Shown: one piece after another, positions 12,694 to 22,543 of the stretch
Layout of the letters: the number at the start of each line of letters is the position of its first letter
How positions within the stretch are numbered: position 1 is the first letter of the stretch
From: Nemertoderma westbladi
Taxonomy: Eukaryota; Animalia; Xenacoelomorpha
Direction of reading: 5' to 3'
Length of the DNA: 48,983 nucleotides
Assembly (NCBI GenBank): GCA_032718475.1
Contig: JAUCBJ010000876.1
Location: 1 to 48,983, forward strand
Notes under the pieces: model-generated
What the model was told of the DNA's origin: nothing
The model's database searches: none
What the model saw: only the letters and a program-made list of their open reading frames with translations
Made by a program: the position numbers and the translations under genes

Positions 12694-13619
12694 CTGAAAC
12701 AAATATAAAACATAATTACACTATGTACAACTTTACCAAGAGCGAGACAATACTTCGTTCGACTCCACGATAAAGATCTAAATATGCACAGTATAATTTA
12801 TAACCCGTAATTACAGTATAAATAGTAAATAATTAATAAACTAATAACGTACTGTAGGACTACTGTACCTATTTTTACATTGCACACGGAGGTGAGATTT
12901 AACTGCAGATTTAAAAGAATGTTGATTATTTAGGTTATTAATTTCATTAGGCAGAGCGTTCCAATTTTTAATACCGTTAAAAAAGAAAGTATCGGTTTAG
13001 AAGAAGTTACAATTCGGGAGGTAAAAGTTTGAAGCACTTGCTCTGGCACTGTAAGAGTGTGTATCGCGTACTCTGTTGAATTTTTGTTTTAGGTAATTGG
13101 GACACTTACCATTAAACACTTTATGCACATGGTTAAGGCAGCTGCTTAACTCTACTATCTAAATTAAGTAGTCCAGATTCAGAGAAGTCATCTGGAGTCA
13201 GGTAGTCTAACACCATTTCATTATTTTGTTGTTCCTTCTATACGTTTCTGTAACCTGATCCTTTTAAACAACATTTAAATTCCCTCATGTATACTATTTT
13301 TAATCTCTTTCATCTGGCGGTCAAGTTGTTCCATGAAAATCATTATTTTTGGCAAACCCAATTGGATGCTTATAAATAATTATAATGATAACAAAACAAA
13401 GCATGCACTTAGCGCGCCCTTCCAAGTATTGGTTATAAAGCGCTGTTAATTCTCAAACAATTATAGCTTAATTTCTTGGTGTTGTATAATAATATATTTC
13501 TATCTGTGTGTGTGTAATAGTTACAATTCCGACACCATCTTGTTGTACTTCTTGTTTATTGTGCTATATCTATGTTTTGTTCCCACCTCGGTGGGTGTTT
13601 AAATTAAATTAAATTAAAG

Positions 13620-13915
13620 AGTTCAGTTTTAGTAGGCTGAGAAAAGTCGTCACAACTGTGGCGGTTCGAGTTTGAAAATGAAGACAATTAATAACCGTTT
13701 GTAGCTGCATGAGAGAACGATTGGGCGTCAAATGTTCCCCGTTTGAAATCTGGGACTTTAGAGTCCAAAGGTCAAAAGGCATTCCGTCGTGGTTGGGTTG
13801 TAGTTGGATTTAAGTAGATCTGCGATGTATTTTAGGACTAGACCATTTACCGATTTCCATGTCCGACATGTGAGTAATTAATTCGGTAGCGAATTCTGTC
13901 GCCTATGTAGGTTGC
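13620..13915 (-). mobile_element. Degenerate L2/CR1-type LINE 3' remnant
   Basis: Broken minus-strand translation resembles DRIRYRI...KSVNGLVPKYIADLL, typical of L2 ORF2 C-termini. Confidence 0.45.
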
Positions 13916-14007
13916 GGAGCGTTAGCATACGTGCGCAAGCATTTGTGATAAATGGGTCAAACTGAGTCACCTTTGCACTAATAATTAAACATTCTAACTT
14001 TACTTAC

Positions 14008-14080
14008 CAGAAACCATGGTTTCAGTAAGTTGTTGTAGTGTCACATAGTCGAGTGATTGTTCAGTAATCCCCACTTTTGG
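14008..14080 (-). CDS. Candidate 73-nt exon (PKVGITEQSLDYVTLQQLTETMVS)
   Basis: Acceptor CTTTTTGCTATTACAG and consensus donor CTG|GTAAGT; only one frame is open; contains ACCATGG. Confidence 0.4.
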
Positions 14081-14825
14081 CTGTAATAGCAAAAAGATCA
14101 GCCGCCTTCCCGACTTTAGTTAAAGTAATAATGCCAATGGGGAGTTTTCCAAATGATGGGATAATGCAGCTCTAAGGTTTGGTGTGTGGCGTGGGTGGGT
14201 TGACGGAAACTAGAGTTCCCTACAGAGGGGCCCTGAAGATTTTACGAGCAGTACACCGCTTTATACCTAGAGCAGGCGCGGCCACAACAAAGGCCCTGGC
14301 CTAATGAAGTAATACAGAGAGCAGCCATCCCTCCTCCCTCACCTGTCCCCTTGTCGGTTGGATCTTAGCGGGAGGTTTACAAAGTGTTCCAACGCGTGCG
14401 TTTTATATATGACTGAGTAATTTGGCAACTCGGCCAATTATATGATTACTGTACATTGACAGATATGAAGCTTCGCAATAACTTCGATTAAAGCGATTTC
14501 TAACAAAATTGAAAGTAACTGACGGAGAGTGAGGTGGGGTGTGAGGGGGTAGGGGTGAGATGCGTTTTGGCGAGATGGGATGGGTTGTGGTAGCAGTGCG
14601 CTTTATGGAGTGGTGTGGGGGGGGGGGGGGGGGTTTGGTTTAATTAATATTAAATATCTATTACTTAACATTAAAGAAAGGATAATTGAAATGTAGCCTA
14701 ATTCCAAATCCATCTGCAGTTTGCAGTTTTATTGAGATAATAGGAGAGATTTTCTTTCAACCGCACGGCGCTACTTATTTCCAATCATTCTAAGGACACT
14801 ACTAATGGTCGCGCAGATATTGGCT

Positions 14826-14953
14826 ATGATGGACAGCCCATGACTTTCGTGAGACGCCTCCTAAAGGACACTGGCCTTGAAAATGCGGGAAATCTCGCGA
14901 AAGTCATGGGGGTTAGGGAGTTGTGGCGGTGCAACTTTGTTGATAAGCCGGCT
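14826..14953 (+). mobile_element. RTE 3' fragment
   Basis: GGACAGCCCATGACTTTC...GGACACTGGCCTTGAA...GTTGTGGCGGTGCAA...GATAAGCCGGC matches the reverse complement of ~10190-10315. Confidence 0.8.
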
Positions 14954-14954
14954 T

Positions 14955-15805
14955 AATGGCTACCAATTAAAGTCATACCAAAATCGGTGCCAAAATTTCA
15001 CCAAAAAAATTATATCACACCAATTGACCCCAAAAAAATTATTCAACGTCAAATAAAATACAATCACCCCCAAATAAAATTATTCCAACACCAAATTAAG
15101 TTTTTCAACACCAAAAACAATTATTCAACACCAAAATAACTGAAAATGTATGAATAAGTAAATACATACATTTTTCCCCAAAATAAATACATATTTTCCC
15201 CAAAATAAATACATTAGCCCAAAATATACTACTACCAAAATACTATACCAAAATAAACAGACTCTCAGTTACAGACTCTCAGTTGTAGACTATTTGTACG
15301 AGGATCGTCGGGTGAGTTGGCCTACAATACAATGACCCAAAACTTTACTGCCTGTTTTGTACAAAATACAGAGGTAAAGTCGCATTAGGACCCAAAGAGC
15401 GTTAGGTCCGAAATCGAACGCCATTTAAAGGAGCAGGATACAGAGGCGTGTTTTGTTGGGGGAACCAAAACAATAAACGAAAGTTAACATGTTACATGAT
15501 TATGCAAGTCTTTGTTTTGTACTCACCCGATGATCGTCGGTATAATATGTTTAATAATTTTGTTTGATTTATGGAAAAAATAAATAATGAATTAATTAAA
15601 TTGTTTTTGATGGAATGAATAATTGTTTTTGTGGGATGGATAATTGTTTTTGGGGGATGAATAATTAATATTTTTTTTTGGTGAGAGAGATATTGAAAAT
15701 TGGGGAATGTAAATTGGTGCTACAAAAAAATATATTTGGTGCTAAATAATATTTTTTGGTGTGAAATCAGCTAATTTGGGGTGGCATTCAATTAGTGGCG
15801 TTTCT
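14955..15805. mobile_element. Degenerate foldback/MITE
   Basis: CACCAAAA-rich left arm mirrored by a TTTTGGTG-rich right arm; internal inverted pair GATCGTCGGGTGAGT / ACTCACCCGATGATC; CTTAATG at both borders. Confidence 0.6.
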
Positions 15806-16369
15806 TAATGCACGCTGCATTGGGCTTGCTAATTGTGGATTGAGTGACAAAATATTTTTGTTAAGCTGGCATAGTAGCATCTCAATGTGCAGTTTCAATG
15901 CAGCAGGCCGATTATAGAAGTAGTAGCATGCATATATATCAATTACGAACAACACGGTAACACCATAAAGGGTCTGATAATAGTCTGATTAAGTGATTAG
16001 TGCAATATTGGTATTTCAAACAAAGTGGCGATTCCTTTAAACCGAATGTTATGCAGACAGGACCTTAGACAAACAGCTTTGAATTTGGCGTATTATCATG
16101 TCTGCTTAATGTCTCACTTACCCGCAAACCTCGGCGCCTAACAGTCTATCATATTATCTTTTAACTAAAACTTACATATTCGCAGACAATAAATTGTATC
16201 ATACAGTATAGTATATAACTGTGCAATAGCAATATATATAATATTCCTTCAATAAGACAAACTTGTCGTTAAAGTCGAAATGACTATATGAGTTTGCGTA
16301 ACGTCAGCTCGCCAAAATTTATCATGGGGAATATTCTTACTTTTGCATCTTTCGAGTTGGTACAGGTTC

Positions 16370-16691
16370 GTGGGGCCTTCGCGCAGCACGAAGTGAGCAA
16401 AGCCTTTAGCATATGGGCACCATTAACGAGTTGTCTGCCGTTAGTCAGAAGTCTTCAACACAATACTTGTCCTCCTCTTGTGCCTCGTTGCGTTCGTTCG
16501 TTTTTGACCAAACTTCAGATTCTTTCTAAACTTTTGACGGACTACATACATACCAAGTTTCGTTTAAGTGGAATAACCGAGTTATTAGCGATCAAAAATT
16601 TACGACGACGATGACGACAGACAACGACGACAGACAACTCGCTAATGGCACCCATATGCTAAGGCTTCGCTCAGTTCGTGGCTCGCCCCAC
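16370..16691. mobile_element. Small element with ~60-bp imperfect inverted ends and an (ACG/GACA) microsatellite (MITE/HINE-like)
   Basis: TTAGCATATGGGCACCATTAACGAGTTGTCTG versus CAGACAACTCGCTAATGGCACCCATATGCTAA; outer GTGGGGC/GCCCCAC. Confidence 0.7.
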
Positions 16692-16899
16692 AATTAATGA
16701 TATCATAGCAGGAAGGGGCGATTCCTATGCGAAGTAGGTTGATCGGTCTGGAACGTACTACTACACAGATGTTTCGAACAACCAATGTGTAGCTGAAATT
16801 TTGGTTAACTGTTGTACGCGTAATTGGCCAGTTGTGCCTTATAAAGGTGCCACATTCCCATCCTGCAGGATCGAGTGTGGGTGATGTACTTTGTGTTCT

Positions 16900-16916
16900 T
16901 TAACCCTTTGCGTACC
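16900..16916 (+). mobile_element. Possible piggyBac-like terminus
   Basis: TTAA-CCCTTTGCGTACC fits a piggyBac end; partner end not found. Confidence 0.25.
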
Positions 16917-19164
16917 AAAGATTGAAAGATAAATAATGTGTGTTCTCCCTAGTAACAAGAAAAAATATATTTGATCTTACAAGGATTATTGACTTATCGT
17001 ACCAGATATTTTTATATCATTATATCGACGGCATAAATGTAAGTGTGACAAGATGACTTGAACTTGTTATTAAAAAATGTAACCCCCCCGATATGAATTG
17101 AATACGTGAGATATTAATTGGAAACTGAAATTTTATTTCCCTTCTTTGCGTTTTATATCGCTTCTGTTTACGGACGGACGTAAATACAGTGTAAGTTAAG
17201 ACAAATTAAAATATAGGGAATGGTATAGGGAATATAGCCGGGTGGTTGCGTGCTTTTGGCGCAATCTAAATTCTTCCCTCTCTATAGGAGGAAATAGACG
17301 AAAATAGCAGCTGACTATGAGAAAAAAATTAACTTAAACTTGAGTTTCATTTTTTGATTTGCTTCGGGCAACACGCCACTGTAACCTGCTCTTTTCCCTT
17401 AATAACTGACACTGTTGATGCGTTGAGGTGAGATATTAACTGGTCGCCGACATGGAATTTCCATTCATTTATACACAACTCTGTTTCCATAAAATTTATT
17501 TGCAGAATATAATTGATTTTCTATAATCATTGAATTATTCGACATGTTACTTATTGGGCAAGTGGTAATTTTTAGTTATAGATAAATTTCTTAAGGTCAA
17601 GATTTTTGTCTGATTTTTATTGGGCAAGTGACAAAAAGTGTTTTATAGCAGAGTACATTATCCCGACATGAGACATACAATATATATTTTGCAACATCAA
17701 ATTAACACGGCTGGATCCAATCAGACAGCAATTATTTCGATTTACAGCTAAAAAAACAACACAATAAAAGTGTACTGAGCCGAATGTCTAGTCGAAAGAG
17801 GCCACTGGGCCAACCCAAACAGTCCTTGAGAAGATATGTAAAGTCTGCTAAGCCCAGTGGGGAGTTCTATTAGTACACAGTGGAACTACACTCGAGGGTC
17901 AGTGGACAGTGTATCTGTGTAGTAGGCAATAAGTGAGATAGCTGAGAATGGGAACCAACAGTTATGGCCACAATATGGAGTTATCTTAATTGGGCATGTT
18001 GGAAGCGATGGGCATGAAACGCAGCCAATATTAGTTTGGAGGCCCGTGAGCCGGCATTAGTAATGCTGGGCTGCCTACGTGACGGGCTGTGTGCCAAAGT
18101 GAGGCCCGTGTCTCCATGCAACTAACTGGCCTGACCAATATTTCGAAGGCCCGAGTCCATTCATTACGAAGCCTTAAAGCTTCCATGATTACAATCCCAC
18201 TGAAATTGCAATGCCTCCTTTCAAAGGGATATAAATAATAGAGCCTAGTTCGTAACTAACTAAGGAGCGTGAAGTGTGTAAGTATGAAAAATAAGGCCCA
18301 TATATTCGTTTTAGGAATACGTAATGATTTATAATTTGAACAAATAACCCAGTTAAGGTCACTTATGTAAATTAAAGTCACATCTAACTAATAATATAAA
18401 TAATACATATATAAATTAATTTATATTAACTAAATACATGATAAATGAAAGAAAAAAAATTATAACAAAGGAATTCCATATACTAAATGCATTGTCCTTT
18501 CCAAATATTTAACAATAAGTTAAAAAGTTAATTATTGCTTACTAAGTAATTTTAATGTAATATTAATAAATATTACAGAATCAAAAATTCCTTACAAAAG
18601 TCGACACAATATTTTAAATGAGTACATACTATCAGATATAACTGACACAGAAAACAATGTGTCTTGACTAGCAGCACACACTAGGTTTGGGCCTTCGAGC
18701 AGCAAAACTACAAGCTTCGCAGCGAACTGTTGCTATTGCTAGTTATATTTTGGCTTCCGATACACCAACATCACACTATTGGAAAACAGGCATAGTATAA
18801 TTATAAACGTTCGCTGATGGCTAGCAGTTTTAACTCGCCCCACAGGCAAAAAATCTAATAAAAGCAAATAAAGTATTCACATTCCTTAGTTGCTAAGTAA
18901 CATACAAAAAGAAAAGCTACGTTCATGCATAAACTGCAGCACATTATTATTGTTAAAAAAAGACCCGTTTTGCGGTTTGGGAGGCACTATACACGTCGAT
19001 TGTGGTTGTAGGGGAATTGTGTTTGCTTGTAGTTTCCTATCCGTATCCGATGAAACTAATAACTATTTTATTTCGAATGAAAAAAAGGCTACAGTAGTTA
19101 TAAAGTAGAATATAGTCAATAAAAATCAATACCGGTAGTGGAAGATTCAAAATATTATATCGTC

Positions 19165-20460
19165 GTACTGGGTGCCCCCGCTAGGGTGTACTGTGTGCCC
19201 CCTGTTAGGGTGTACTGTGTGCCCCCTGCTAGGGTGTACTGTGTGCTCCCTGCTAGGGTGTACTGTGTGCCCCCTGTTAGGGTGTACTGTGTGCCCCCTG
19301 CTAGGGTGTACTGTGTGCCCCCTGCTAGGGTGTACTGTGTGCCCCCTGCTAGGGTGTACTGTGTGCCCCCTGTTAGGGTGTACTGTGTGCCCCCTGCTAG
19401 GGTGTACTGTGTGCCCCCTGTTAGGGTGTACTGTGTGCCCCCTGCTAGGGTGTACTGTGTGCTCCCGTCTAGGGTGTACTGTGTGCCCCCTGCTAGGGTG
19501 TACTGTGTGCTCCCTGCTAGGGTGTACTGTGTGCTCCCTGCTAGGGTGTACTGTGTGCCCCCTGCTAGGGTGTACTGTGTGCCCCCTGCTAGGGTGTACT
19601 GTGTGCCCCCTGTTAGGGTGTACTGTGTGCCCCCTGCTAGGGTGTACTGTGTGCCCCCTGTTAGGGTGTACTGTGTGCTCCCGTCTAGGGTGTACTGTGT
19701 GCCCCCTGCTAGGGTGTACTGTGTGCTCCCTGCTAGGGTGTACTGTGTGCTCCCTGTTAGGGTGTACTGTGTGCTCCCGTCTAGGGTGTACTGTGCTGTG
19801 TGCCCCCTGCTAGGGTGTACTGTGTGCTCCCTGCTAGGGTGTACTGTATGCCCCCTGCTAGGGTGTACTGTGCTGTGTGCCCCCCTGCTAGGGTGTACTG
19901 TGTGCCCCCTGCTAGGGTGTACTGTGTGCCCCCTGCTAGGGTGTACTGTGTGCCCTCTGCTAGGGTGTACTGTGTGCCCCTGCGAGGGTGTACTGTGTGC
20001 TATGCTAGGGTGTAATGTGTGCTCTGCTAGGGTGTACTGTGCTGTGTGCCCCCTGCTAGGGTCTACTGTGTGCCCCCTGCTAGGGTGTACTGTGTGCTCT
20101 GCTAGGGTGTACTGTGCTGTGTGTTTTCTGCTAGGGTGTACTGTGCTGTGTGTTTTCTGCTAGGGTATACTGTGCTGTGTGCCCCCTGCTAGGGTGTACT
20201 GTGTGCTCTGCTAGGGTGTACTGTGCTGTGTGTTCCCTGCTAGGGTGTACTGTGTGCTCCGTGCTAGGGTGTACTGTACTGTGTGGCCCTGCTAGGGTGT
20301 ACTGTGTGCTCCCTGCTAGGGTGTACTGTGTGCTCCCTGCTAGGGTGTACTGTGCTGTGTGCCCCCTGCTAGGGTGTACTGTACTGTGTGCCCCCTGCTA
20401 GGGTGTACTGTGTGCTCCGTGCTAGGGTGTAACGCTTGCTTCCTGTTAGGGTGTGATGTG
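19165..20460. repeat. 24-bp minisatellite (GCTAGGGTGTACTGTGTGCCCCCT)
   Basis: About 50 copies; homogeneous left half, indel-rich right half. Confidence 0.95.
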
Positions 20461-20461
20461 C

Positions 20462-20593
20462 TCTCTGCTGCATTAAATATACAATGCAAATAAGACAATA
20501 TGATAATGCTCTCCATAGCGAAAAATATTACTTATTTGCATTGTATATTTAATACACCGCGTCACTCACCCCACAACAATTCTCTGCTGCATT
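20462..20593. mobile_element. Tiny inverted-repeat insertion, Penelope-like architecture
   Basis: Perfect 23-bp inverted arms (20472-20494, 20531-20553), a short tail ending CAACAAT, and flanking direct repeat TCTCTGCTGCATT (20462, 20581). Confidence 0.5.
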
Positions 20594-21257
20594 GGTAATA
20601 AATTTTCTCAAAATAAACTGAACTCTCAAAACGGGGCTTAGAGGACTGTGTTAATTATAATAGCACAACTAGAATCGGCGACACTAACTTATAATACGGG
20701 GGTTCTAACTAAGTAATTAATAGTTTAAGATGAAAACTAAAAGGATAATAACAGTAATAATAACTTGTATAGAAAATAGCATTTTACGATGTTATGTAGA
20801 CCAGATTGTATTTCTAGTCGAACGAGCTATATTAATGTTAACCTTTACATAAATAAAAGAGTGTCTTAGAAGCTGAAACATGTGTGCTAACCATAAGTTA
20901 ATGGATATTGGTAAAACATATCGAAATGTAATACAACTTCCGTCAACCTACCGCAAATACATGGTGGAATTACCTATGGAAGTATTATTGTTACTCTGCA
21001 CGAATTAATTGTTTCTACTCGCAGTGGATATTTCCTCATAAGAGAAAAACTTCCTAATATTCAATAATCACTCGGCTCCTATAATCATACACATTGTAAG
21101 TTCGATAATCACAGCCAATCTTAATAAAAACTAAAAAAATAAATAAAAACTGTGAATTAATTTGGAAAAATTACAAATGAACCCACGGTATACTGAATGC
21201 ACTAATAATAACTACGTTTGAGCAAAGGAAACATATTTTATTTAATACGATATAAAT

Positions 21258-21572
21258 TAGTGTTTAAACGGGATTTGCGAGATTTCCGGGATGGAGACCG
21301 GGATTATCGCTCTCGGGATCCCGTTTTCCGGGATCGGGATTGCAAATTTGAATAAAATTCCTTAAAATTATTAGTATAATATGTGGCGGGTTTTGAGTAA
21401 CACTCACTTTATCTTACATTTCTGAAATATTAGTAAGATAAAGTTATATTACAATTATTTTACAATTTATTACTGGATGGTTAAATGAGGGGTCCAAAAA
21501 AGTTGGGATCGGGAAAATTGTATTTTTCGCCGGGATTCCGGTTTTTCGGGATCGGGATCCGATTAAACACTA
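21258..21572. mobile_element. hAT-like MITE
   Basis: TIR TAGTGTTTAA/TTAAACACTA, subterminal CGGGAT repeats, 8-bp TSD ATATAAAT/ATTTAAAT. Confidence 0.8.
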
Positions 21573-21706
21573 ATTTAAATCAAGGCTGACATTTCTTACC
21601 AATATTTCAATAGTATTAATATTTGGAAATAATGGGACTGAATGGACCTCAATTTATTACGTAATTGTTGTGTAACCAAACTATAAGAGTGAACATCCCT
21701 GTGAGT

Positions 21707-22068
21707 CAGTGGCGCAGCCACACAGGGGGCGACGGGGGGGGGGGGGGGGGTGGCACGTCCCTCCCACTTTTCAGGTAGGGGGGGGGGGGGGGGGGGCACC
21801 ATGTCATATGTCCCCGGCACTTTTTACAAATTTTATATTAAATATTTATTTTATTATATTATATTTTATTTTATTATTATATTATATTAGATATTTTGAC
21901 TAACCCAGTGAGGAGGAGGGAGGTGAAACCATCTCAGTTTCAAATTTCATGAAAATATCATTAAGATTTATAAAACTTTTTTTTGTGGGGAGGGGGGGGG
22001 GGGTTATTCACTTAAAATTATTTTACCCCCCCCCCCACCTCCACTTCGGGAAAGTGGCTGCGCCCCTG
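21707..22068. mobile_element. hAT-like MITE
   Basis: TIR CAGTGGCGCAGCCAC / GTGGCTGCGCCCCTG, 8-bp TSD CTGTGAGT/CTGTAAGT, poly-G tracts. Confidence 0.8.
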
Positions 22069-22543
22069 CTGTAAGTAGATTATCAATCATTACCGATATA
22101 TTTATTCCCTATTGTTAGTAAACTTAATTAAATTACGTAAAATATAAATAATAAGTTCACGATTTATAAATTTGATCCTCTGTACCACTCAGCTATCCCT
22201 GATAAATCGACAAGCCAATAAATCTAATATAGTCTAGCTACATAAGCCTCGACACATTAACAAAAACATTTTAATAAATAAACAAAAAAGTATTAGTAAC
22301 TTTCAGCTGTGTTCCATATATCTACAGTGCGTAACGGTGTGTACCCATACACTCTACTTAGCAATCAGCGTCCATTCATAAGCAAGAACAAAAACAACAC
22401 ACTAAACTACACAAAATAATGAAAAATAAATATATTTAAAAATAAAAGATTAAAAATACCTAATCTGTATAAACAAAAACACGAAATAAGAACTTTAAAA
22501 AAAATCGTATTGTAGTTGACGTATAAAATTAGTTTGCGTGACA

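Noticed and set aside
14231-14310. CTGAAGA at ~14233 (and CTGATGA at ~40903) as further hammerheads
   Set aside because: No stem II followed by GAAA and no closing stem I.
19138-20401. 341-aa and 213-aa Cys-rich repeat ORFs (ARVYCVPP / LLGCTVCP)
   Set aside because: By-products of a stop-free 24-bp unit; frames switch freely at indels; no supporting gene structure.
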